A stretch of 64,000 nucleotides of DNA from Octopus bimaculoides (GCF_001194135.2 NC_068981.1:191306706-191370705); one strand, 5' to 3'. Positions 54,858 through 63,563 are shown, counted from the first letter of the stretch. Translations and numbers: made by a program. The notes: generated by a model from the letters alone, not told the origin.

Positions 54858-57800
54858 GAATTATTATTATTATTATTGTCTTTGTTCAGCTTTCCTACAG
54901 AGCTCGAAATGTTGCTCCCCTTGAGAAAGCAACAAAACAGTCAGGAAGAGATGAAATTTATATACGTGTAAAAATGATCTCCAATAATACCAATTTCTAC
55001 CAACCACACTTCATCGGTAAGTTTTCAAACTTGTTATCAAGAGTTCCATTTGATATTGACCAAACTGCTGTCAATGAAAGTTTTTTTTTCATTACTAGAA
55101 GAAGAAGAAATATTAGTATTAATAGAAATATCAATATTAATATTATAGGTGCAGGAGTGGCTGTGTGGTAAGTAGCTTGCTTACCAATCACATGGTCCCG
55201 GGTTCAGTCCTACTGCGTGGCACCTTGGGCAAGTGTCATCTACTATAGCCTCGGGTTGACCAAAGCCTTGCGAGTGTATTTGGTAGACGGAAACTTGAAG
55301 AAGTCCATCATATATATATGTATGTGTGTATATATGTTTGTGTGTCTGTCCCCCCAGCATCGCTTGACAACCAATACTGGTGTGTTAACGTCCCCGTAAC
55401 TTAGAGATTCAGCAAAAGAGGCCGATAGAATAAGTACTAGGCTTACAAAGAATAAGCTCTGGGGTCGATTTGCTTGACTATAAAGGCAGTGCTCCAGCAT
55501 GGCCGCAGTCAAATGACTGAAACGAGTAAAAGAGTAAAAGAGTATTACATATTGACATAAGGTGGCGAGCTGGCAGAATGCAGAATCTATCTTTCCAGTT
55601 TCGCCCCCAGTTATTCCCACTCCCTCTTCAACAATACGAATAGCCATGTAGCTCCTTTACTATGAGAAATCTGTTCTCTTCTACCCTTTCTTTCATACTT
55701 TAAGCTCTCATCTCCTAGAACGGAGCTACCTCCCTCTCTACTGTAGCGCCACACTGTTGAAGGGGAGCATAATTTTGTGAGTGACATGGTGACTTCACTG
55801 ATGCTGGTGCCACAAGGAAGCACTCCGTACATTTTGTAAAGTGTTTAGCATTAGGAAGGATGTCTATCCATAAAAACCATTCCAAAGCTGACATAGGGAC
55901 ACAGTGTTGTCATCAGATCCATTAGAGTTTGTTAAACCAACCAAATTCACACCAACATGGAAGAGGGCCATTAAAGAAGGAGGAGGAGGACTAGGTGTTA
56001 AATCATTGGTAATACTCATTGTTCACAAGTCACTTTTGTTTCTGTGTTGGTTGTGATATAGAACTCAACTTAATGTGTGTTTTGTGTGTCTCTGTGTATG
56101 TATGTGTGTGTGCATCTGTGTGTTTGTGTGCATGCCTCTGTGTGTCTGTGTGTGGGGGGGGGGAGAGAAAGAGAGTGTCTCGTTGCCACAGAGTCTAACT
56201 ATTCTTTATTTTTCCAGGTGTTACTGATCCCTTGATCCTGTCAATATCAGAAAACACTTCAATTGGAGCAAACCTGTTCCAGTTTACTGCAATAGATGGA
56301 GATAAAGGTTCAAGTGAAAACATTACCTATTCCATGCAAACAAACAGTGCGAAGGTGAGTAGAGTTTAATGTTTAATCAGCCAGCCCTGGCATTCAATGC
56401 AATCTTATTCCATCGTTATTCTAATGGTTTTGGTCAGATCAATAAAACTAAGCACAGATTTCTAATCCAGTAACAACAATACAAAGTATGTAGCCCTTAA
56501 AACGGTTTTTGTATATTTATTGAGAATACCGAACTGTCTTATAAAGGATCTTGTTTTTAGAAATTCCCAGTAAGTTATGAATACCCAAATTGTGAAGTTA
56601 GTTATGTAATAACATGAAATTCATTACCCTATAGTAAGAATTCAAATAAAGTAGCCCCGAAAAGGGCTTTAATATGTTCCCAGAGTATATAGAACATTGG
56701 AGGAAATACTAATAAGGTATGTATACTAAAATCGTGATACATGTTATGTAATAACAGGCTAATCAGATATGAGATAATAACAATTCAAAGTAATTAACTG
56801 TGAAAAAAGCATTTGTGCACTCCCAGAGAATATTCCCCTCAGCAGCGCTTCTGTTGGTATATTCGTGAATAAGTCACTAACCGAAATAAGTTGATCTATT
56901 GTTGTTAACTTGTTTAAGGCTTGTACTGGATAAATTGAGAAAATAACTAAAATAGTTCAAATACTAAGAAATAAGTATATTCAATTTCATTTTTACCAAA
57001 TAATTTACGAAGGAGGGAATGGGTTATTTCCCTTAGAAGCTTAAAAACCCTAATTTACGAAGGAAGGAAGGAATGGGTTATTTCCCTTGGAAGCTTAAAA
57101 TAATTACGCCCACCGTTCAACCGCGGCCAAATGTTATTCCTCCCACCGTTTACCTGAACATTTTTTCGAAATCAATTTATACTTAGAACCTCCCCAGACA
57201 CATAAGCAATGTGCCTGGGAAGTTTAAGAAAAATCGGTAGAGCCGTTTTGGCGCAAAATGAGGACATACTGATACACACTCACAGACATTTTCAGTTTTA
57301 ATAAGTAAGATATATATATATCATCATCATCGTTTAATGTCCGCTTTCCATGCTAGCATGGGTTGGACGATTTGACTGAGGACTGACGAACCAGATGGCT
57401 ACACCAGGCTCCAATCTGATCTGGCAGAGTTTCTACAGCTGGATGCCCTTCCTAACACCAACCACTCCAAGAGTGTAGTGGGTGCTTTTACGTGCCACAG
57501 GCACGAAGGCCAGTCATGTGGTACTGGCAACGGCCACGCTCGAAATGGTGTATTTTACGTACCACCTGCACAGGAGCCAGTCCAGGAGCACTGGCAACGA
57601 CCTCGCAAGTGTTACTAATAATCAGTTGTTAGATCTCAATATACTTATGTTTTAGGATAAAACTTTCAGTAAGTACAAAGCGTAATATCAACCAGTGAAT
57701 GAGAAAAGAACAGGAGTTACTTAATCACCTTCATTAGTTGTAAGAAATGGCTCCAAGGAAGCTATGTACTGTTGCACAAACACTCAGCTCTGAGTGCAAT

Positions 57801-58318
57801 GCTTCTTAGTGCTGAAACAGCTGTAAGCTAATGAAGGTGATTATATAGCTCATTTACTTTTATCATTCATGAATTTACACACACACAAACACACACTATA
57901 GATGTTTGTCTGTATGTATGCTATAATAGTGATGACTTTTGATTTCAGACTAAATGGTTATTTGAACTCAATAAGCAAACAGGATCTCTTCAACTTCAAA
58001 ATGCAATCCAAGAGAATGATATTGGAAACTACACCCTATGGGTCATTGCCAGCGACAATGATGTTATTCCAAAAACAAAGTCAGTATGGCGCTTTGACGT
58101 TCTGTTTGTCTTTTGTTCATTTCTTCATCATTTATCACTGAGACTTTTCTCTAATATCAATGCTTTTTCATTCATTTTGGTCAACAGATCACTATTTGTA
58201 TGGATAGAAATTATAGAACTGAGAGAAGTGACTGTGACATTAGCTCCACCAACACTTGGTAAGTATTTCTTGGAGAATTGATGATGTGGTGTTAACTTAT
58301 ATGTATTTTCTTTATAAT

Positions 58319-58394
<76 letters not shown>

Positions 58395-59840
58395 AGTTTC
58401 AGATATAGAAGCAAGATCTAGAATCGAAGGGCCTTAGAGTTAACCTAGCCAAAACCAAAGTCTTAGTAAGTAGGAAGGCAGACAAATCACAAATCCCCTC
58501 AGGTAGATGGCCCTGCTCGATCTATAAACATGGTAGAAATGCCATAAGATGTACCTGGTATAAGCTATGGTTACATAAGAGGTGCAGCAATATCAGAGAA
58601 GGATTAACAGGGAAACTATCTTTCGTATGTGGAAGATGCACAGGTACAATAAACACTGAAAATGTGCAGAAAATAGACTCCAACAACTGCCAGTGGGGTA
58701 AGCTGGGGTTAGTAGATAGCTTCTGTTATCTAGGTGACCAAGTTAGTGGATGTGGATGCTCTGAGAGTGTAGCTGTGAGAATAAGATTAGGCTGAGCAAA
58801 GTTCAGAGAGCTCCTACCTCTGCTAGCAACAAAAGGCCCTTTCCCTCAGAGGAAACAGCTATGCTACACAGCAGTGAAAAATTGGGCTGTGACAGCCGAG
58901 GACATACATAGGCTTGAAAGAAATGAAGCCAGTATGCTTCGCTGGATGTGCAATGTCAGTACGCATGTTCAACAGAGTGTAAGCATCTTGAGAGAAAAGT
59001 TGGGTATAAGAGGCATCAGATGTGATGTGCAGAGAGATGGCTGAGCTGGTATGGTCATATGATGCATATGGACAAGGACAAAACGTTGTGTTAACAACAA
59101 ACAAGATGAGGACAAATATCCGTCAAATGTAAATAATGTACATAATTCCTCATCTCTTAAATATAGAACTGTATTATGATAAATATACTCTATTCATGAA
59201 GAAGAGAACAGATAATATGCTAAAAATTACAGCATTGCTTCTGTCCAGGAAGGCACTGTCTCAGCTGTACCATTACAACTGGCTACTGAAACAACAGCTC
59301 AATCAGTTTTGGCATAGTTTTTACAGATGGATGCCCTTCCAACACCAATCACTTTACAGGGGGTCCTGAGTGCTTTTTTTTATATACTAACTGTGCTGGT
59401 GCCATGTATAAAACACCTGTGCTGGTGCCCCATAAAAAGCACCCAGTACACTCTGTAAAGTGGTTGATGTTAGGAAGGGCATCCAGCCATAGAAACCATA
59501 CCAGAACAGACAAGTGGAGCCTGGTGCAGCTCTTTGTCTTGCCAGCTCCTGTCAATCCGTCCAACCCATGCAAGCATGGGAAATAGACAATAAATGACTG
59601 TGATGATGAACCATGTTGACCTGGAGTTAAACAACAAGAATAACAATGATAAATCATCCTAAAATGTTTGACCAAGTAAAGATAAATATTGACTTCATTG
59701 TGCCATCTTATTTTATCTATTGCAGATAGTTATGGTTGGTCATCAATTACCATACCATTTCCCATTCTTACTGGTGCTGCTGCTGGAGTTCTGCTCGTTG
59801 TCTTTTCATTGCTGGGACTTCTTATATGTCAGTGTAAAAG
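2301..59840 (+). CDS. Multi-exon non-classical cadherin-repeat transmembrane protein (partial gene, 21 exons in window, about 13 EC repeats + TM)
   Basis: 21 exons with GT-AG boundaries join in one frame (4445 nt). Repeated cadherin motifs: PEN/xEx, DxD, LDRE/LDYE/LDHE, DxNDNxPxF. Ends in a hydrophobic TM segment. Family not assignable without a search. Confidence 0.93.
4510..4617 (+). CDS. Cadherin exon E2 (0-0)
   Basis: aacag|GGT...GAG|gtttgc; [36 protein letters not shown]; continues HPIT|GVITT. Confidence 0.9.
5581..5896. mobile_element. Inverted (fold-back) repeat of a Penelope-like terminal sequence
   Basis: 5639-5777 is the reverse complement of 5779-5896 apart from a 22-bp indel; 1-nt loop; (TA)n flanks; hammerhead-like motif in the arms. 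A further fragment of the family lies at ~35611-35663. Confidence 0.65.
5718..5768 (-). ncRNA. Minimal type-I hammerhead-ribozyme-like motif, variant core
   Basis: tttgtca-GTGAACA-g-GTCAC-agtttcaaa-GTGAC-GAAA-gtat-T-T-taacaaa: stem I 6/7 bp, stem II 5/5 bp, core G3UGAAC8A. Confidence 0.45.
6327..6545 (+). mobile_element. 3' end of RTE-like LINE (or derived SINE) with (GAT)n tail; >15 copies in window (e.g. 3740-3935, 10965-11305, 23182-23940 -, 28310-28812, 36460-36910, 39725-40440 -, 48720-48935, 57320-57605 -, 59290-59610)
   Basis: Conserved ttaggaagggcatccagctgtagaaac...ccaacccatgctagcatggaaagcggacgttaaacgatgatg with variable 5' truncation. The copy at 36460 starts with codons VLEKTC*. 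RTE assignment is inferred. Confidence 0.75.
6648..7351. other. Assembly gap (others: 18125-18591, 23330-23339, 27492-27659, 31303-31450, 40443-40742, 42068-42163)
   Basis: Runs of N, mostly abutting microsatellites. Confidence 1.
11510..11905. repeat. 28-bp minisatellite with ACATGT core
   Basis: ctacatgtatcacatttaatcaatgctg perfect x3 (11705-11788), degenerate units either side, 43-bp dimer 11817-11902. Confidence 0.9.
12253..12815. mobile_element. Fold-back element built from two Helitron-like 5' ends
   Basis: Left starts A|TCTTCTATATATATATAAAAGAGAGATTCTGTCTGTTTGTTTG; inner arms 12465-12591 and 12596-12723 are inverted with a 4-nt loop; outer arms are also inverted. Confidence 0.65.
13264..13401 (+). 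CDS. Cadherin exon E3 (0-0)
   Basis: tttcag|GAT...CCT|gtaagg; [19 protein letters not shown]...[16 protein letters not shown]. Confidence 0.92.
15133..16284 (+). CDS. Cadherin exon E4, large 1152-nt exon (0-0), about 3.5 EC repeats
   Basis: tttgtcag|GCA...CAG|gtaggt; [12 protein letters not shown] x2, [31 protein letters not shown]. Confidence 0.96.
16909..17118 (+). CDS. Cadherin exon E5 (0-0)
   Basis: ttccacag|ATT...ACA|gttagt; [28 protein letters not shown]...FTVNSTT. Confidence 0.9.
19993..20620. repeat. (TTA)n arrays 19993-20070 and composite (TAT)(TGT)(TAC) 20511-20620
   Basis: Directly visible trinucleotide runs. Confidence 0.95.
20178..20510 (-). mobile_element. R4/Dong-like non-LTR retrotransposon 3' fragment (restriction-like endonuclease domain)
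   Basis: Minus strand: [54 protein letters not shown] / [21 protein letters not shown] (one frameshift). Confidence 0.8.
21458..22068 (-). mobile_element. CR1-clade LINE 3' fragment with (ATT)n tail; carries an internal 11-bp x4 duplication (caggtgttaga, 21787-21830)
   Basis: Minus strand: [31 protein letters not shown]...[31 protein letters not shown]. Confidence 0.88.
22910..23068. repeat. (CTA)n microsatellite
   Basis: About 53 units with a few variants; source of the spurious poly-T/L/S/V ORFs. Confidence 0.97.
25378..25700 (+). mobile_element. tRNA-derived SINE family D (others 22070-22216 -, 24280-24410 -, 38750-38900 -, 39250-39550 -)
   Basis: tggcttagtg..tagg head, gagttcaattcc B box, ttgtgtccttgagcaagacac-type central block shared among copies. 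Confidence 0.75.
25771..26049 (+). mobile_element. CR1-clade LINE fragment, same family
   Basis: [20 protein letters not shown]...[34 protein letters not shown]. Confidence 0.85.
26107..26217 (+). CDS. Cadherin exon E6 (0-0)
   Basis: catcag|GGT...GCT|gtaagt; [37 protein letters not shown]. Confidence 0.92.
27673..27936. mobile_element. piggyBac-like TTAA MITE family 2 (related: three partial tandem copies 16297-16780; 62180-62380)
   Basis: TTAA-CCCTTTCGTTACC ... GGTAATGAAAGGG-TTAA; internal (AC)n. Confidence 0.8.
29228..29405 (+). CDS. Cadherin exon E7 (0-1)
   Basis: ctgcag|ATT...G|gtaagt; [15 protein letters not shown]...[21 protein letters not shown]. Confidence 0.93.
29681..29910 (-). 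mobile_element. SINE family B, young subfamily, with 15-bp TSD
   Basis: Reverse complement of the 30341-30586 type; TSD ctggtgcttttattt at 29666-29680 and 29911-29925. Confidence 0.87.
30341..30586 (+). mobile_element. SINE family B, young subfamily, with 13-bp TSD (other B copies ~17380-17600 -, 18625-18835, 20621-20815, 38085-38470 -, 50870-51085, 52081-52290, 52700-52905, 60710-60940 -, 61140-61345)
   Basis: Head ggtgagctggcagaaacgttagc...gagttcaaattcc, conserved core cctttcatcctttcgggg tcgataaa..aagtaccag; TSD agaattgtgagag at 30328-30340 and 30587-30599. Confidence 0.88.
34392..34483 (+). CDS. Cadherin exon E8 (1-0)
   Basis: aatcag|GA...TTG|gtaaga; [31 protein letters not shown]. Confidence 0.92.
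35122..35220 (-). mobile_element. Helitron-like 3' end fragment
   Basis: Minus strand ...ctcgagcagcgccggg-tatctctg-CTAG|T: degenerate GC hairpin 8 nt before CTAG. Confidence 0.5.
39076..39216 (+). CDS. Cadherin exon E9 (0-0)
   Basis: ttttcag|GTC...TCT|gtaagt; [47 protein letters not shown]. Confidence 0.94.
41762..41849 (+). CDS. Cadherin exon E10 (0-1)
   Basis: ttttgtag|GTC...G|gtaaaa; [29 protein letters not shown]. Confidence 0.9.
42416..42857 (+). mobile_element. Merlin-like non-autonomous DNA transposon
   Basis: 23-bp TIR GGTGCTACTTTGGCATG(C/T)GATCT, GG...CC termini, 8-bp flank catacata on both sides, internal TIR-like copy at 42591, short ORF start [22 protein letters not shown]. Confidence 0.55.
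43422..43548 (+). CDS. Cadherin exon E11 (1-2)
   Basis: cttccag|CT...AA|gtaagt; [42 protein letters not shown]. Confidence 0.92.
44890..45720 (-). mobile_element. Older, degenerate CR1-like LINE 3' fragment
   Basis: 45060-45330 aligns loosely to 21620-21900; its 3' UTR resembles 30140-30230. Confidence 0.55.
45827..45987 (+). CDS. Cadherin exon E12 (2-1)
   Basis: ctctag|T...G|gtaatt; [14 protein letters not shown]...[17 protein letters not shown]. Confidence 0.93.
46490..46625 (-). mobile_element. RTE/BovB-like LINE ORF2 C-terminal remnant
   Basis: Minus strand reads [38 protein letters not shown], matching the RTE G-R-G-R-P...W-D-I-E-W end motif. Confidence 0.7.
46626..46889. mobile_element. 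hAT/Charlie-type MITE (partial second copy ~14100-14220)
   Basis: caatggttctcaac ... gttgagaacaacta TIRs; flanks ctctacaa / ctctagga resemble the NTCTAGAN 8-bp TSD. Confidence 0.65.
47101..47339. mobile_element. Tc1/mariner-type MITE
   Basis: TA-CAGGGTGGCCTAAAAGTAAGTTTACAGTTAT ... ATAACTGTAAACCTGCTTTTGGGCCGCCCTG-TA; 31-bp TIR with 4 mismatches; TA TSD. Confidence 0.88.
47562..47713 (+). CDS. Cadherin exon E13 (1-0)
   Basis: tttgaag|GT...AAA|gtaaat; [20 protein letters not shown]...[17 protein letters not shown]. Confidence 0.91.
49925..50117 (+). CDS. Cadherin exon E14 (0-1)
   Basis: tttcag|GTA...G|gtaagc; [15 protein letters not shown]...ANVTEE...[16 protein letters not shown]. Confidence 0.92.
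50137..50356. mobile_element. piggyBac-like TTAA MITE family 1 (others 52386-52591; 48683-49107 inverted and interrupted)
   Basis: TTAA-CCCTTTAG ... CTAAAGGA/G-TTAA; internal sequence shared by three copies. Confidence 0.8.
50499..50800 (+). mobile_element. tRNA(Arg)-like SINE family C (second copy 54268-54565)
   Basis: A box tggcccagtgg, B box ggtttcgattccc; the second copy has gac-TCG at the anticodon position; no intact cloverleaf 3' end. Confidence 0.8.
51152..51372 (+). CDS. Cadherin exon E15 (1-0)
   Basis: atttcag|AT...CAA|gtaagt; [20 protein letters not shown]...AVDNGLPP...DINDNIPDF. Confidence 0.93.
53042..53266 (+). CDS. Cadherin exon E16 (0-0)
   Basis: tttacag|AAT...CTT|gtaagt; [28 protein letters not shown]...FSVAL. 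Confidence 0.91.
54890..55016 (+). CDS. Cadherin exon E17 (0-1)
   Basis: tttgttcag|CTT...G|gtaagt; [42 protein letters not shown]. Confidence 0.85.
55148..55542 (+). mobile_element. SINE family A, best-preserved full-length copy (others at ~13488-13860 +, 18841-19255 +, 26290-26648 -, 43710-44125 -, 49450-49700 -, 53613-54012 +)
   Basis: A-box-like tggctgtgtgg, B-box-like ggttcagtcc, CORE-like ccttgggcaagt, internal TA/TG tract, (gagtaaaa)n tail; many dispersed copies in the window. Confidence 0.85.
56218..56354 (+). CDS. Cadherin exon E18 (1-0)
   Basis: tttccag|GT...AAG|gtgagt; [40 protein letters not shown]. Confidence 0.92.
56380..57310 (-). mobile_element. Non-autonomous Helitron-like element (5' TC end at 57310; far boundary uncertain)
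   Basis: Minus strand begins A|TCTTACTTATAAAACTGAAAATGTCTGTGAGTGTG...aaaacggctctaccgatttttcttaaactt; internal ~50-bp tandem duplication 57001-57100. Confidence 0.55.
57949..58079 (+). CDS. Cadherin exon E19 (0-2)
   Basis: atttcag|ACT...AA|gtcagt; [43 protein letters not shown]. Confidence 0.88.
58188..58258 (+). CDS. Cadherin exon E20 (2-1), last EC strand and stalk
   Basis: caacag|A...G|gtaagt; [24 protein letters not shown]. Confidence 0.85.
58322..58390. repeat. (GT)n microsatellite (representative of many (CA/GT)n, (TA)n, (CT)n, (CATA)n, (CAT)n tracts)
   Basis: Directly visible; similar tracts at 6091, 8691, 24577, 27420, 31166, 42858, 49577, 54790, 61350, 63520. Confidence 0.97.
58391..59080 (+). 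mobile_element. Degenerate RTE-clade LINE ORF2 fragment (RT C-terminal half with Cys/His finger)
   Basis: Translates [16 protein letters not shown]...WPCS...LHKRCS...FVCGRC...VDSFCYLGD...[10 protein letters not shown]...[12 protein letters not shown]...WYGH with stops and indels. Confidence 0.85.
59726..59840 (+). CDS. Cadherin exon E21 (1-2), transmembrane helix
   Basis: ttgcag|AT...AG|gtaatc; [38 protein letters not shown]. Confidence 0.9.
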
Positions 59841-60246
59841 GTAATCAACAAATTCTTCCCTGTCTTTGATATGTCTGTTGGCTACTGGAGATAACCAACC
59901 TATTATCTCCACTTTCATCTCCAGAAATTCTTCTTACCATTCCCTCATGATATTCCATCTGCTTTTTACATGCTTTTTTTTTTGCTATGTTGATGCTGTT
60001 GTGGCTTTAAGAGCTTCCTTTCTTGAATTGTCAGAATGTAACAATCATTTCTTTTCCTGCTGAGCTTGCTTTCATAGTTGATGCTCTCTCAAACTTGCTT
60101 TCATCACTTTTTGCCATCAATTTCTGCATCATTTTTCTTCCATAGTTCCACAGCCCAGCTGACCTTCATCTGCTTCATTCTTAAATACCTCAGATCTACA
60201 TCGGATCTATGCATTTACATATCAACTATGTATGTGTGAAGCACAT

Positions 60247-60278
<32 letters not shown>

Positions 60279-61365
60279 TGCACCTCCATTTTAATTTTAA
60301 TAAACCCATCTGATTTTCTAATAAGGTTTTTACATATCTGTATTAAAATGTATAAAATTCATCCAAAATATATATATTTTAAAAAATACATCAATACTTT
60401 ATTTGAAGAGTTGGTGTGATTATTAAAAGATAGAATATAGCATTGGCCGATAACAAAATTTTAGATTCAGCCTTAGATGATAAGTAAATTTTATTTACCT
60501 GCATATCATTAAGCTAAAACTAATCTCAAAAATATTCTGTTGAGTCAGTAAGATTAGGATCATAACCCAATTTTAGCTTCTTCCAATGTTATTATGAAAT
60601 CATAATAATATTGCAGAGATATTTAGGTAAATTCTTGATTTGTTTATATATGGTTTCTAGTTTAAAACTTCTATTTGTGATGTTTTTGCTCCTTTTTTTT
60701 ACCATAAATATATTGTCATATTATAATGGTTTCAAATTTTGACACAAGGCCAGCAATTTCGAGGAAGGAGGCAAGTCGATTACATCAACCCCAGCGCTCA
60801 ACTGGTAATTATTTTATCAACCCCGAAAGGATGAAATGCAAACCCAACTTTGGTGGAATTTGAACTCAGAATGTAATGACAGACAAAATGTCATTAAGCG
60901 TTTTGCCCAGCACAGTAACGATTCTGCTAGCTCACCACCTTATATTGTCATATTATAATGATTGCATTAATTACTATTTATCAATTAACTATTTAAAGAT
61001 ATCTTGTTACACAGTTGTTTTACACTAATACATTACATACTCACACACACACACACAATAATATATGCACATGAACACACAGATAGATCTATTCAGTATG
61101 TATATTATTATTGTTGTTGTTATTATTATTATTATTTAGGTGGTGAGCTGGCAGAATTGTCAGCACGCTGGACGAAATGCTTAGTGGTATTTCACCTGTC
61201 ACTATCTTCTGAGTTCAAATCCCACCAGGGTCAACTTTCTCTTTCTTCCTTTCAAGCTTGATAACTTAAGTACCAGTGAAATACTGGGGTCGATGTAATC
61301 GACTGGTCCCCTACCCCGAAATTTCAGGCCTTGTACCTATAGTAGAAAGTATTATTATTATTATT

Positions 61366-61401
<36 letters not shown>

Positions 61402-61846
61402 GTCGTCGTCGTCGTCATCATCATCATCATGGCTGTGAGATGGCAGAGTCATTGGAATGTCAGTCACAATGTCTGGCAGTATTTTTTTCAAATCACTATG
61501 TTCTGAGTTCAAATTCCACAAGGGTAAAATTTGCCTTTCATCCCCTCTGGTTTCAATAAAAGTAGCAGTTAAATGTTGGTGTTGTTGTCATTGACTTTTC
61601 CCCTCCTCCTCAAAACTACTCACCTTGTGCCAAAATCAGAAAGATTATTAGTTATTTTTTGAATTCTTCTTATAAAGAAAATGCTGGATTCTAACAATGA
61701 AACAAAGCTCCATCAAAGGAATTTAGCCAAAAGTAACCATGAAGCATTACATGTGAAACTTTAACAAAATCTTCCATATTTTTACTGTTCCACTTATTGT
61801 TTCTTTGACAGTTTTTTGAGTTCACTACTTAGACATTTACTAACAG

Positions 61847-62018
61847 AACCAGGCTAGCTGCTGAACCTTTTGGCACAGACAGCATGGAGCATGGAATCAT
61901 TAATGTAGAGGCACAACTAGTTTTACAGACATTGGGCAGGTTTATTGATGAAGGCAGAGGACAGAAGTGGTCTTGTAAGACTGGTGCCATAATAAGTGAT
62001 AGATCAATGTTGACCTGA
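61847..62018 (+). CDS. Candidate cytoplasmic-tail exon
   Basis: taacag|A in phase 2 gives RTRLAAEPFGTDSMEHGIINVEAQ...SDRSMLT* (57 codons including the stop) with a basic juxtamembrane start. A competing acceptor exists at 61811. Confidence 0.4.
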
Positions 62019-63516
62019 AAGGGTCAAACCATTTATCTATCAAAAGCTCTTTTGATGCCCAAGGTTATGATGCACACTTAGGTGACATCAAGATTAGTCC
62101 TCAATGTTTATAAAAATAGAAAATAATTAGATCTGCTGTTTTGGTCAGAAGCAGGATTGCCTTCCAGAAATTTTTCTTTCAACCCTTTTGTTATCAACCT
62201 GCCTGAGTCTGCCTTAGATCCTATGATACAAACTATATATTTTAAAGTAATTTAAATTTAAAATCTTCCATCAAAACTCATGCTAATTTATGTTCCAAAC
62301 ACCAGCTTAAGGAAAAGATTATTTTATTAAATTCTTCATTATTCTCAAAATTAATTGAAATGTGGTACCAAAAGAGTTAAGCAAATAGATTTACAGTTGT
62401 TTATGGATTACTGTTCCATTACTTTGAAGAAGATGAAGATGCTCCGAAATGAAATAGTTTGATATTTTGACAGATCACTGACCTAGGCTTCACATCTTAT
62501 AAGAATCACAGAAACAATCTTCCACTAGTTTGAAAATACCACACATGACACAAAGATAAAATAGGTAATGTAGAAGAGGGAAGACTGGTAGTTCCATGTA
62601 ACATTTCTTCTGGACTCTGGCTAGAATTAGCTCAGAGTCAGTGTCTTTATCAAGTTTGACTCCTCATAACTTTATGAAAATAATTCCATTCTAATGCACT
62701 TTAATATCAGAAGGTTGCTTCATCGGCGAATGGTTGGTTCTTACATTTTTAATATACAACACTTTTCAGCTTACCCTCATTCCCCAGCAAGCATGGCTGT
62801 GTGGTTAAGAAGTTTACTTCCCAACTATGTGGTTTGGGGTTCAGTTCCATTGTGCAGTGGCCCCAAGCCAAGCAAAACATTGTGAGTGTATTTGGTAGAC
62901 AGAAACTGAAAGAAACCCATCATATATATACATATATGCATGTATGTGTGTGTAATTTTGTCTTGGCATCACATGGAGGTTGTAGAACAGGCATTACCAT
63001 CATGCAAGTGATGTTATTCATTTCCATTCTTCCATGACAAACACATCTGACAATATGACATTGCTTAATGACAGGTGAAGGTTGGAGACAGGATGGGTAT
63101 CTAGATATAGAAATATGCTTAAACAAATTTCATCTGACCCATGCAAGCATGAAAAAGTGAAAGTTAAAATGATGATGATGATGATGTGCAGCAACATCAT
63201 GTTCAATCATTTCATCAGATTTTTTAGATTTCTTTTATTTCCCCATAATTAATCTATGCCTTGGTGTTTCACAGTTTCATTTTGTTGTACTTGTTACACA
63301 TTTAAGGGGCTTAAGAAGAATGTTCTCTTAAGCCTGCTAAACGTGTTCCTCTTCACATCTTTCAGTGAGAACCGTAATATCAGCCTCCCACACAAATTAA
63401 ATTACATTTTGGGTTCAGTGTTGATATTTGAGTTAATTTAACGAAACCTTCCACAAAGATATTGGCAAATAGAATTATTATACATACATGTTATTGTGTG
63501 CGTGTTTGTATATATG

Positions 63517-63563
<47 letters not shown>

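Noticed and set aside
60146-60229. Open 84-nt phase 2-2 segment with AG/GT ends after the TM exon
   Set aside because: The hydrophobic peptide is unlike a juxtamembrane tail; probably chance in a pyrimidine-rich stretch.
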